Part shown: positions 54,338 through 63,689 of the stretch, piece after piece
Position numbering within the stretch: the first letter of the stretch is position 1
How the letters are laid out: every line of letters starts with the position of its first letter
Position numbers and translations under genes: made by a program
Assembly: GCA_039933875.1 (NCBI GenBank)
Contig: JBDTNF010000250.1
Coordinates: 1,359 to 65,358, forward strand
Reading direction: 5' to 3'
From: Flavobacteriales bacterium
GTDB lineage: Bacteria; Bacteroidota; Bacteroidia; Flavobacteriales_F; PHOS-HE28
DNA: 64,000 nt
The notes under the pieces: model-generated
The model's input: only the letters and a program-made list of their open reading frames with translations
Told to the model about the DNA's origin: nothing
The model's database searches: none

Positions 54338-55078
54338 ATGTCGCGTCGCCTCATACCCTGCCTGCTCCTCACCAGCCTTCTGCTGTCCGTTGACTCCTCG
54401 GCCCAATCGCAACTTCCTGGCCCGAAAAAGGCCTACGTCACCACCAGCGGCGAATGGATCTTCTCGCTGCCCATTCTTGACGTCAACGACAACAGCGAGG
54501 GCGGCGTGGTGCGCTTCTCACCGGTCTTCAACGGACAGACCATGCTCAACTACGATCTCAGCGAGCACTTCGGGCTGTACACCGGCCTTTCCATCCGCAA
54601 CCAGGGCTTCATCTACAAAGTCCCCGATGTGGATGTCCGCTACAAATTCCGCACATATAACGTGGGCGTCCCTGTAGGCTTCAAGGTGGGGTCGATGAAC
54701 AAGACACTGGTCTTTCTCGGGTACGAACTCGAACTCCCCTTCAACTACAAGGAGAAACGTTTCGAAGGCGATCACAAAGAGGACAAGTTCAATGTGTGGT
54801 TCAGCGATCGGAACTCAATGTTCTACCAGTCGGTGTTCCTCGGATTCCAAGGTCCGGGAAGCGCGACGATCACGGTGCGCTACTACCTCACGAACTTCCA
54901 CAACCAGGATTTCACCGAGACCAAGGACGGCGTCACCACCAAGCCCTATGATGGCCTGAACGCGAACATCGTGGCGGTGTCGCTGGGCTACGGACTGTTC
55001 GATGTGCGCAAGCGGATGCCCATGCCTCACCACTCCGGGTCCGAGACCCTGACCAAGACAGCTTGGGACGGGCGATGA
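54338..55078 (+). CDS. Outer-membrane beta-barrel protein, hypothetical
   Basis: Signal peptide with amphipathic beta-strand periodicity through most of its length. Confidence 0.6.
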   Translation: MSRRLIPCLLLTSLLLSVDSSAQSQLPGPKKAYVTTSGEWIFSLPILDVNDNSEGGVVRFSPVFNGQTMLNYDLSEHFGLYTGLSIRNQGFIYKVPDVDVRYKFRTYNVGVPVGFKVGSMNKTLVFLGYELELPFNYKEKRFEGDHKEDKFNVWFSDRNSMFYQSVFLGFQGPGSATITVRYYLTNFHNQDFTETKDGVTTKPYDGLNANIVAVSLGYGLFDVRKRMPMPHHSGSETLTKTAWDGR

Positions 55079-55126
55079 GTTGATGACTCTCCTTCGGGAG
55101 ATCGGCTCGTCCAGTGGATCGGACGT

Positions 55127-57520
55127 TCAGCGGATCAAGGTCACATGACCGCGCCGATCCTCGTTGCTCCCCTCGGTCGATCGGATGCGCAGCAACCAGG
55201 CGTAAACACCGGGAGGCACATCGCGGCCACCGGCGGTGCCATCCCAAGGCGCACCCTTCTGGTCCGTGCTGTACAGCACCTGGCCCCAGCGATCGAAGAT
55301 GTTCAATTCGAAATTCTTCGGCGCACCCACTGATGTGAACACGCCCCACACATCGTTGTAGCCATCGCCGTTCGGCGTGAACGCGTTCGGGGCATAAAGG
55401 GCGAAGGGATCCTCTACGCACACGGTGCTCTCCGTGCTATCCGTGCAACCCAGATCGTTGTACACCACCAACCGCACCGGGTAGCAATCCACATCGGGAT
55501 AGGTGAACCGCGGTGAGAACTCAGTGGAGGTGCTGTCGTCGGGATCACCGAAGTGCCACAGCACGTACTGGGCGTCCTGCGATGAATTGATGAAGACGAT
55601 CGTCGGTTCCTTGATCGTGGTGACCGCCGGCATCGCCTCGAAGATCGCCACAGGCGAAGGGAGGGCATCCACAGCGTCCACGAGGGTGAAGCTGCCGCTG
55701 CAACCTCCCTCATCGGTGATGGTGAGCGTCACATCGAACGCGCCACCGGTGGTATAGCAGTGCACGATGATCGAATCCTCTGCGGCCGTGCCACCGTCAC
55801 CGAGATCCCAACTGCGCACGCCGCTCAAGGGAGTGAGGTCGGTGAACGTGACGCAATGTGGAGAACAGCCCAACGTGTCGTCGAGCATGAACGCGGGCAG
55901 CAGGGCTTGTCCCACGGTAACCGTCGTCTCTCCAGCAGTGCTCACGCAACCGTTGGCATCCGTTGCGGTGACCGTGTACACCGTGGTCACATTGGGTGCG
56001 ACATCCGGGCCTTCAGGCGTCCATGTGAACGTGTAGTCCGGGACACCACCTGAGGCCTCGGCGGTAAGTGTGGTAACCTGCCCAGCACAAACCGGCACAT
56101 CCGCCTGCGGAACGACGAGCACGGGAAGCGGCTCGGTGATGATCACTTCGATCGCGTCGGTGCATTGCTGGCTGTCGCTGACGGTGCAGGTGTAGGTGCC
56201 GGCGGCAAGGCCGTTGGCCGTGGAACTGTTGCCGCCTGATGGCGCCCAGATGTAGTTCAGCGGTGGTTCTCCACCGAACGCGGTCACGTGGGCGGTGCCA
56301 TCGCTGAGACCGGCACAGCTGACATCGGTGTGCGTCTCGGTAAGCGCCGGTGCCTGGGCGTTCTGTTCCAGTACCGCGGTCGCGGTAGCTGCGCACGCGT
56401 TCGCTCCACTCACCGTCACAGTGTACGTTCCAGGGCCAAGGCCACTGATGCTGGCGATCGTCTCTCCACCGGGATCCCACAGGTACGTAACGGGGCCGTT
56501 GTTGCCTGTCACGATGGCGTTCACCCAGCCATCGTCGCCCGCGCACGAAGGATCGGTGGTGAGCATTTCAACCCCCAGCACCGAAACAGGTACTATGACG
56601 GCCGCTGGGGCATTGCACGGACCGGTGATCGTGAGTGAGACCTGGTACGCACCGGTAGCTGGATACGTGTGGGTCGGGCTTGCGAGGTTGCTCGTGTTCG
56701 CCGCGCCGGAACCCGGATCGCCGAAATCCCATGTGCTGTTCTGGCAGGGCAGCGATGTATTGGTGAACGTCACCGTGTTACCGGTACAACTCGTCGTGAA
56801 CGATGGAACGTTGGGTGGTGCGTTGCCGATGAATATGTCATCGACGCCGATCCCATCGTAGCCATTGCACACCGTGCCCGAGCCGAAAATGAACCGGAAC
56901 TTCACGCTGGGTTCGCCTGCAAGATCGTTCATGCAATGCGCGGCGTTCACCCATCCCTGACTGCCCTGCCCGCCCGAGCAGGAACCGACCGACGGACCCA
57001 CGCGACCGGACCAGCCGGCTTTCGGTGTGGCCATGTTCAGGGCGGTGATGCTGCCCGTGTTGAACCAGTTCGCGTTAAGGCAATCCGTGGGGTCGCCGTA
57101 GCCGCCTACGTTGTACCACGTGGCACCCTGGTCCAGCGAATACTGGAAGCCAAGGCCATCGTACTGGCGCTCACATTCCCAGAACAGTTTGAACGAGACC
57201 CAGGGGTAAGCCAGCGCGGAGAAGTCGAAGCAGGGGCTTTGCAACCAGCTCTGTTCGCCATCGCCGTAGCTCGTCCCGGACAGCCCACCGACGCACCAGG
57301 CCTTGCTACCGCCACCCGCCGCATTGATCAAGGGGTGGGCAGGCGCACCCCACGCCCAGTCGTTGGCGACACCACCGCTCGTCCAAGCCGCTGCGGCCTC
57401 GAAGCCTTCCACATAGGGGAAGGTGTTCAGGGTGACCCCGCACTGGGCCTGCACCATGAAGCACGTCAATGCCAGTGGCAGGGGCACCAGGCCTCTGGAC
57501 CAGCGAAAAGGAGCGGACAT
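55127..57520 (-). CDS. Large adhesin-like protein (MAM/lectin-like N-domain, PKD and SprB-type repeats) with type B T9SS (gliding-motility) C-terminal domain
   Basis: PKD block FGDPGSGAAN...THTYPATGAYQVSLTITG and repeats of the type G.V.A.V.GG..P..Y.W. C-terminus is YAPNAFTPNGDGYNDVWGVF...GVYAWLLRIRS. Confidence 0.85.
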   Translation of the reverse strand: MSAPFRWSRGLVPLPLALTCFMVQAQCGVTLNTFPYVEGFEAAAAWTSGGVANDWAWGAPAHPLINAAGGGSKAWCVGGLSGTSYGDGEQSWLQSPCFDFSALAYPWVSFKLFWECERQYDGLGFQYSLDQGATWYNVGGYGDPTDCLNANWFNTGSITALNMATPKAGWSGRVGPSVGSCSGGQGSQGWVNAAHCMNDLAGEPSVKFRFIFGSGTVCNGYDGIGVDDIFIGNAPPNVPSFTTSCTGNTVTFTNTSLPCQNSTWDFGDPGSGAANTSNLASPTHTYPATGAYQVSLTITGPCNAPAAVIVPVSVLGVEMLTTDPSCAGDDGWVNAIVTGNNGPVTYLWDPGGETIASISGLGPGTYTVTVSGANACAATATAVLEQNAQAPALTETHTDVSCAGLSDGTAHVTAFGGEPPLNYIWAPSGGNSSTANGLAAGTYTCTVSDSQQCTDAIEVIITEPLPVLVVPQADVPVCAGQVTTLTAEASGGVPDYTFTWTPEGPDVAPNVTTVYTVTATDANGCVSTAGETTVTVGQALLPAFMLDDTLGCSPHCVTFTDLTPLSGVRSWDLGDGGTAAEDSIIVHCYTTGGAFDVTLTITDEGGCSGSFTLVDAVDALPSPVAIFEAMPAVTTIKEPTIVFINSSQDAQYVLWHFGDPDDSTSTEFSPRFTYPDVDCYPVRLVVYNDLGCTDSTESTVCVEDPFALYAPNAFTPNGDGYNDVWGVFTSVGAPKNFELNIFDRWGQVLYSTDQKGAPWDGTAGGRDVPPGVYAWLLRIRSTEGSNEDRRGHVTLIR

Positions 57521-57660
57521 CGGTAGTAAGGACGTTCTTCGGGGCGCAAAGGTCGCACGATCAGGCTGAAAGGACCTCCATTCCCGGTCAGGATAGTGTC
57601 AAGCCGGTGCATCGTTCGCCCGGCAACCTCTACTTTCAGCGCCCACCAAGAATACGAGCA

Positions 57661-58017
57661 ATGGGAACCGTGGATATGACACAGCTGATCCTGAGCGCCC
57701 TCGGGCTTCTGCCCAACATCTTCCTGGCTTATGTGGGCATTCACTACGTTTCCCGGCGACCGGGTCCCGATAGTGCCATGCTCGCGACAGGGACGTGCCT
57801 GCTCTTGCTCCTGGGCATGTTCAACTTGGTCTATTGGCAGTTGATCATGCCCGCACGGGGCTTTTCGAATTCACTGATCCCCCAGGAAGTGATGAGCGCC
57901 GTGATCACCATGTCGTACTTCGTCGCTGAAACGCTCATCGGGATCGGGTTGCTCCTGCTGGTCAAGAAGGAACTGCGACGCTCAAAAGAGTCGTCCTTCG
58001 GCCCTCCCATGGTCTGA
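57661..58017 (+). CDS. Small membrane protein, hypothetical
   Basis: 118 aa with 3-4 TM segments. The start is taken at ATG 57661 within ORF 57469-58017. Confidence 0.5.
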   Translation: MGTVDMTQLILSALGLLPNIFLAYVGIHYVSRRPGPDSAMLATGTCLLLLLGMFNLVYWQLIMPARGFSNSLIPQEVMSAVITMSYFVAETLIGIGLLLLVKKELRRSKESSFGPPMV

Positions 58018-58087
58018 AACTGCGCATCCGTTCCTTCGTGAATTGCCGCCCACTTCAACTTTCTTGAACCACCACTGAACAGATCCC

Positions 58088-58930
58088 ATGGAACGCGCTT
58101 ACTTCCTGCACGACGGCAAACAGCAATACGGGCCTTACACACTGGCCGAACTCAAGGCGAACCCACCGGCGAATGTGAGGAGCGTGTGGTACGAAGGTCT
58201 GAGCGATTGGACCGCTGTGAGCAATGTCGAAGAACTGCGGGACGTGTTCAGCGCACCACCTCCGCCACAGCCAACGTCACCACCCCAACCGCCGCCACCC
58301 GGACAAGTACCACCTGCGGCAGCACCCGCAGCCCCGACCGCCACACCCGTGGGTTCGTTCGATGGCAACGAAGCGAAAAAACTCGCCGCCGAGATCGACC
58401 ACTACTACAACCGGATGGTCTCGACGTTCATCGTCTTCATCTCCATCGTGGTGGGCGTGGGCCTGCTTTGTGCGATGATGCTCTCAGCGGATAGCGAGGA
58501 AGCGGCCGCAGGAACCGGGGTGATGGGGATCATTGCGGCACTGGTGTTCCTCGTGCTGCACATCATCAACCTGTGCAAGCTGCACTACCGCAACTGGATG
58601 GTCGTCATCCGGATGACAGGATTCCGGGACCACAACGCGGAGCAGGCCGTCGGCTTCCTCTTCATCCCCTTGTTCAATCTGTACTGGGCGTTCCAATCGT
58701 ACCAGTTGCTTTCCCAATTGATCCACCGAGTGATGGCCGACCCACGGTACGCCGCAGGCCGTGCGCCGAACACCGGCACCGCCACCGCTTACTGCATCCT
58801 CAACATCTGTGCGATCATCCCCTACCTCGGCTCGTGCATCGGCATCGTGAACATCTTCCTCTGGTTCACGGTGCACAACGAGAACCGCAGGGCGACCACC
58901 TTCATCCTGCGCACTCAGGCGGCGAGCTGA
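58088..58930 (+). CDS. GYF_2 (DUF4339) domain protein with Pro-rich linker and C-terminal membrane domain
   Basis: N-terminal YFLHDGKQQYGPYTLAELK...VWYEGLSDWTAV, then a PPPPQPTSPPQPPPPGQVPP linker, then about 4 TM segments. Confidence 0.75.
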   Translation: MERAYFLHDGKQQYGPYTLAELKANPPANVRSVWYEGLSDWTAVSNVEELRDVFSAPPPPQPTSPPQPPPPGQVPPAAAPAAPTATPVGSFDGNEAKKLAAEIDHYYNRMVSTFIVFISIVVGVGLLCAMMLSADSEEAAAGTGVMGIIAALVFLVLHIINLCKLHYRNWMVVIRMTGFRDHNAEQAVGFLFIPLFNLYWAFQSYQLLSQLIHRVMADPRYAAGRAPNTGTATAYCILNICAIIPYLGSCIGIVNIFLWFTVHNENRRATTFILRTQAAS

Positions 58931-59713
58931 TCACTGCTTCTTCGCGCGCTCCCAGTAGGCGTCCATCTCCGCAAGCGTCATGCTGCCGAGCTCCTTGCCG
59001 TCCTTGCGCGATTCGCGTTCGAGGTATTGGAAGCGCTGGATGAATTTGCGGTTGGTGCGTTCGAGGGCCTCGTCCGGGTCGATGTTCAGGAAGCGCGCGT
59101 AGTTCACGATGCTGAAGAGCAGGTCGCCCAGTTCGTCGGCTTGTTTCGGTGAAGCGGTGTCTACCTCGTGCTTCAGTTCGCGCAGCTCCTCGTGCACCTT
59201 CTCCAACACCTGGTCGCGGTTGTCCCAATCGAAGCCCACACCACGCGCCTTGTCCTGGATGCGAATGGCCTTGACCATGCTCGGCAACCCGCGCGGCACG
59301 CCTTCCAGCACGCTCTTCTCTCCCACGGTCCCGTCCTTGGCTTTCTCGGCCAGCTTGATCTTCTCCCAGTTGGCCTTCACCTCCTCTTCGTCCTTCACTT
59401 TCACATCGCCATAAATGTGCGGGTGGCGGTGGATGAGTTTCTCGCAGATCCCGTTCAGCACGTCGGTGATATCGAACGCGCCTTTCTCCTGTCCGATGCG
59501 CGCATAGAAGACCATGTGCAGCAGTAGATCGCCGAGTTCCTTCTTCACACCGTCCAGGTCACCTTCCAGGATCGAATCGCCCAGCTCATAGGTCTCCTCG
59601 ATCGTCAACGGGCGCAAGGTCTCCAGGGTCTGCTTTTTGTCCCACGGGCATTGCTCGCGCAACTCGTCCATGATCTTCAACAGGCGTAGGAAGGCGGTGG
59701 CGCGGGGATCCAT
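58931..59713 (-). CDS. mazG: Nucleoside triphosphate pyrophosphohydrolase MazG
   Basis: Two MazG EExxE repeats (IEETYELGDSI; ELGDLLFSIVN). The start is taken at ATG 59713. Confidence 0.9.
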   Translation of the reverse strand: MDPRATAFLRLLKIMDELREQCPWDKKQTLETLRPLTIEETYELGDSILEGDLDGVKKELGDLLLHMVFYARIGQEKGAFDITDVLNGICEKLIHRHPHIYGDVKVKDEEEVKANWEKIKLAEKAKDGTVGEKSVLEGVPRGLPSMVKAIRIQDKARGVGFDWDNRDQVLEKVHEELRELKHEVDTASPKQADELGDLLFSIVNYARFLNIDPDEALERTNRKFIQRFQYLERESRKDGKELGSMTLAEMDAYWERAKKQ

Positions 59714-59808
59714 GGAGGGACTGGGAAAGGATGCAAATGTGCGCAGTGCGATCCAGTGAAGCGAACAACGCGGTAACACACATGGTTAACTTCACACCCC
59801 CAACAAGA

Positions 59809-60459
59809 ATGAACATGAGCAGGATCGCGATCCTTGGAAGCGGCATGGCGGGCCAGGTGCTCGCCAGCGGTTTCCTCAAGCACGGCCATTCGGTGACAAT
59901 AGGCACACGCAATCCCGCGAAGCTGGAGGACTGGCTGGACAAGAACCCGGGCGGGACCGTGTCAGGCCCTACGGAAGCAGCGGCCGGGGCGGATATCATC
60001 GTGCTGGTGACCAAGGGCTCGGGCGCAGAGGAAATGCTCACGCTGGCCAAGGCGGAGAACCTGCGCGGCAAGGTCATCATCGATGTGACCAATCCCATCG
60101 CGGACGCACCGCCGGACCATGGGGTGCTCAAGTATTTCACCACGCTTGACGATAGTTTGATGGAGCGGTTGCAGCGCGCCTTCCCCAGCGCCCGTTTCGT
60201 GAAGGCGTTCAACAGCGTGGGCAACGCGTACATGGTCGATCCGGACTTCGGTGGGATCAAGCCGACGATGTTCATCTGTGGCAACGATGCGGCGGCGAAG
60301 ACCGAAGTGACAGCGATCCTGGAGAGTTTCGGCTGGGAGGCCGAGGACATGGGCGGCGTTGAAGGCGCGCGCGCGATCGAGCCACTGTGCATGCTCTGGT
60401 GCATCCCGGGCTTCGCACGGAACCAGTGGACGCATGCCTTCAAGCTGCTGAAGAAGTAA
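59809..60459 (+). CDS. NADPH-dependent F420 reductase-like NAD(P)-binding oxidoreductase
   Basis: IAILGSGMAGQVLA Rossmann motif. About 215 aa, in the Npd/ProC-like family. Confidence 0.75.
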   Translation: MNMSRIAILGSGMAGQVLASGFLKHGHSVTIGTRNPAKLEDWLDKNPGGTVSGPTEAAAGADIIVLVTKGSGAEEMLTLAKAENLRGKVIIDVTNPIADAPPDHGVLKYFTTLDDSLMERLQRAFPSARFVKAFNSVGNAYMVDPDFGGIKPTMFICGNDAAAKTEVTAILESFGWEAEDMGGVEGARAIEPLCMLWCIPGFARNQWTHAFKLLKK

Positions 60460-60507
60460 GGGTAACCCCGGCTCAAAGTCCGGGCCGACACCCTCGTGAA
60501 GCGCACC

Positions 60508-60533
60508 TGTACAGTCGACCCACTGGGTCGACC
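60508..60533. repeat. Palindromic repeat copy 2 (TGTACA-GTCGACCCACTGGGTCGAC-C) plus an extra half-site
   Basis: The same 9+1+9 palindrome as 46721-46746, followed directly by a further ...GTCGACCCATTGA half-site. It ends 36 nt upstream of the osmC ATG. Confidence 0.8.
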
Positions 60534-60568
60534 CATTGATCCGCAACAAGAAAAACCAAAAGAGCATC

Positions 60569-61009
60569 ATGGCCATCACACGAAGAGCGACAGCGAACTG
60601 GAAAGGAAGCGGCAAGGAAGGAAGCGGAACGGTGACCACAACAAGCGGAGCCCTGAAGGACGTACCCCATTCGTTCCACACCCGTTTCGTGAGTGAGGAC
60701 GGTAAGGCGGGTACCAACCCCGAGGAACTGGTCGCTGCTGCGCACGCGAGCTGCTTCACGATGAAGTTGAGTTTCGTCCTGAACGCAGCAGGCCTTACCG
60801 GCACCGACCTCACCGCGACATCTGAAGTGACGCTGGATAAAGTGGGTGATGGCAATGGTGTGGTCGGCATCAACCTCGTCGTAAAGGGAAGCGTGCCTGG
60901 TGCGAGCGCTGCGGATTTCCAGCGCTATGCGGAGGATGCGAAGGCCAATTGCCCCATCAGCCAGTTGCTGAGGAGCGTGCCCATCACGCTGACGGCGACG
61001 TTGGTTTGA
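60569..61009 (+). CDS. osmC: OsmC family peroxiredoxin
   Basis: TNPEELVAAAHASCF and AKANCPIS, the two conserved Cys contexts. Confidence 0.9.
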   Translation: MAITRRATANWKGSGKEGSGTVTTTSGALKDVPHSFHTRFVSEDGKAGTNPEELVAAAHASCFTMKLSFVLNAAGLTGTDLTATSEVTLDKVGDGNGVVGINLVVKGSVPGASAADFQRYAEDAKANCPISQLLRSVPITLTATLV

Positions 61010-61072
61010 CCGCATAGCCGACCTGTCCATACTTCGGGCGGAGGCCCCGCGTTATCTTGCCCGACTTCCGGA

Positions 61073-63595
61073 ATGCGTCGTCTCCTGCCCCTTCTTTTCG
61101 CCCTGCTGCAAAGCGTCCTTGGCATCGCACAAGCCACGGCCACGGTGAAGGGCGTGGTGCGCGATGACCAGGGCACCACGCTTCCCATGGCCAACGTGAC
61201 GGTGGTGGGTGCCACCACCGGTGTGGTCTGCGACAACTACGGTGCGTACACCTTGACAGTGCCTGCGGGCCAGCGCATCGTGGTGCGTTTCAGCTTCTCG
61301 GGGCTAGATCCCCGCGAGGAGAACCTGCAACTGGAAGAAGGTGAGACACGCACATTGAACGTGGGCCTGAAGATGCGCACCCTGAACCCCTTCGAAGTAC
61401 AGGGTCGTCAGCAGCAGCGCGAAACAGGCCTCGAACGGATCGACCCGCGGTTGGCTGCGTTCTCCCCCACCCCCCAAGGTGGCATCGAAGCACTGCTCGT
61501 GGGCCAGTTGGGGGTGGTGATGCGCAACGAACTGAGCAGCGGCTACAGCGTGCGTGGCGGCAACTTCGACGAGAACCTGGTGTATGTGAACGACATCGAG
61601 GTCTACCGTCCCTTTCTCGTGCGTGCCGGGCAACAGGAGGGCCTGAGCTTCCCGAACCCGGACATGATCGACCGCCTGCAGTTCAGCGCCGGGGGCTTTG
61701 AAGCGCGTTACGGCGACAAGATGAGCAGCGTGCTCGATATCCATTACAAACGGCCGCGGGCGTTCGCGGGTACCGCCATGGCCAGCTTGCTCGGCGCTTC
61801 CGTCCACATCGAGAACACGATGGCCCATATGCGGCTGCGGCAGACCACCGGATTCCGCTACCGCACGAACCAGGTGGTGTTAAGCGGGCTGGATACCCAG
61901 GGCGAATACCGCCCCGTGTACACCGACCTGCAGAGCTATTGGACCTACGACCTCAGCGACAAGGTGGAACTCGGCTTCCTGGGTCTTTACTCAACCAACC
62001 GCTACAACGTAGTGCCGCAAAGCCGCGAGACGGAGTTCGGCCCCTTCAACCAGGCGCTGCGCTTCACCGTCTATTTCGATGGCCAGGAAAAGACGGAGTT
62101 CGAAACGTATTTCGGTGCGCTGAGCGTGAACGTGAAAGCCAATAGGAACCTGCTGCTGAAGTTCAACGGCAGTGCCTACCGCACGTTCGAACGTGAAGGC
62201 TTCGATATCCAGGGCCAGTACTTCCTGGATGAGTTGGAGCGCGACCCGGGTAGTGACCAGTTCGGCGAAGTGGTTCGCAACCTCGGCATCGGGACCTCCC
62301 TGGACCATGCGCGCAACGACCTCAACGCAACGGTGTTCACCATAGCGCACAAGGGTTACCTGCAACTACCCGGAAGCTATTTGCAATGGGGCGTGGATGC
62401 CAAGCAGGAGACGATCCACGACAAACTCAGTGAATGGACCCTGGTGGATAGTGCGGACTACAGCATACCGCTGAACCTGGGCGAGGATGTGGGTCTGAGC
62501 TACGCGCTGAAGAGCAAGTTGGACATGGAGAGCATCCGCGCCAGCGCCTACGTGCAGAACACCTGGCGCTGGGAAAAAGGCAACGATCGCTGGTGGACCT
62601 TGATCGCCGGGGTGCGCAGCCAGTACTGGACCTATAACGACCAGACCGTGACGAGTCCGCGCGCGCGCCTCACCTTCCACCCGGGTTGGAAGAGCGTGAA
62701 CGCCGAAGGCGATACGCTGGACCGCGACTACAGCTTCTGGATCGCCACGGGCCTCTACTACCAGCCACCGTTCTACCGCGAGGTGCGCAAGCTCGATGGC
62801 ACCTTGAACCCCGACATCAGGGCGCAACGCAGCATCCACTTCCTCCTGGGCATGGACCGCTGGTTCGAGATCTGGGAACGGCCCTTCAAATTCACCACCG
62901 AGGCGTACTACAAGTACATGGATGACCTGATCCCTTACGAAGTGGACAACATCCGCATCCGCTACTACGGCACCAACAACGCGAAGGGCTACGCGGCGGG
63001 AGTCGACCTGAAACTCGCGGGCCAGTTCATCGATGGCGTGGATAGCTGGATCGGGGCAAGCGTGATGCAGACCCGGGAGGACCTCACCGACGACTTCTAC
63101 TACAACCGCTACAATGCGGAAGGCCAGTTGATCCAGCCGGGCTACACCTTCGACCAGGTCGCGGTGGATAGCACGCGCATCGAACCGGGCTACATCCCAC
63201 GCCCCACGGACCAGCGCGTGAACGTGGCCATGTTCTTCCAGGACGAGATGCCGCGCTGGCCCACTTTCAAGGTGCACCTGAACCTCGTCTTCGGTACTGG
63301 CCTGCCCTTCGGTCCGCCCAACGAAAACCGCTACGCCGACACGTTACGCACCACCCTCTACCGCCGTGTGGACATCGGTTTCAGCAAGCAATTCCTTGGC
63401 GCGGATGGTCAGGAGAAGACCGGCTGGCTGAGGCATATCGACAACCTCTGGCTCACCTTCGAGGTGTTCAACCTGCTGAACATCGACAACACCGTGGACC
63501 ATACCTGGGTGACCGATGTGAACGGGAACTACTACTCCATCCCGGACTATCTCACCCCCAGACGATTCAACTTGAAGTTGATCGCGTGGTTCTAA
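61073..63595 (+). CDS. TonB-dependent receptor with N-terminal carboxypeptidase-regulatory-like domain
   Basis: Signal peptide, GVVRDDQGTTLPMANVTV (CarbopepD_reg-like), a plug region, a long barrel and a terminal ...KLIAWF. Confidence 0.85.
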   Translation: MRRLLPLLFALLQSVLGIAQATATVKGVVRDDQGTTLPMANVTVVGATTGVVCDNYGAYTLTVPAGQRIVVRFSFSGLDPREENLQLEEGETRTLNVGLKMRTLNPFEVQGRQQQRETGLERIDPRLAAFSPTPQGGIEALLVGQLGVVMRNELSSGYSVRGGNFDENLVYVNDIEVYRPFLVRAGQQEGLSFPNPDMIDRLQFSAGGFEARYGDKMSSVLDIHYKRPRAFAGTAMASLLGASVHIENTMAHMRLRQTTGFRYRTNQVVLSGLDTQGEYRPVYTDLQSYWTYDLSDKVELGFLGLYSTNRYNVVPQSRETEFGPFNQALRFTVYFDGQEKTEFETYFGALSVNVKANRNLLLKFNGSAYRTFEREGFDIQGQYFLDELERDPGSDQFGEVVRNLGIGTSLDHARNDLNATVFTIAHKGYLQLPGSYLQWGVDAKQETIHDKLSEWTLVDSADYSIPLNLGEDVGLSYALKSKLDMESIRASAYVQNTWRWEKGNDRWWTLIAGVRSQYWTYNDQTVTSPRARLTFHPGWKSVNAEGDTLDRDYSFWIATGLYYQPPFYREVRKLDGTLNPDIRAQRSIHFLLGMDRWFEIWERPFKFTTEAYYKYMDDLIPYEVDNIRIRYYGTNNAKGYAAGVDLKLAGQFIDGVDSWIGASVMQTREDLTDDFYYNRYNAEGQLIQPGYTFDQVAVDSTRIEPGYIPRPTDQRVNVAMFFQDEMPRWPTFKVHLNLVFGTGLPFGPPNENRYADTLRTTLYRRVDIGFSKQFLGADGQEKTGWLRHIDNLWLTFEVFNLLNIDNTVDHTWVTDVNGNYYSIPDYLTPRRFNLKLIAWF

Positions 63596-63689
63596 TGAGT
63601 GTGCGATAAACTGAACCCAGCGATGTCGGTTTCATTGACGCGGAGAATTGCATAGGTTTCAGGTCCGCATTCTATCAACTCCCATCCTC

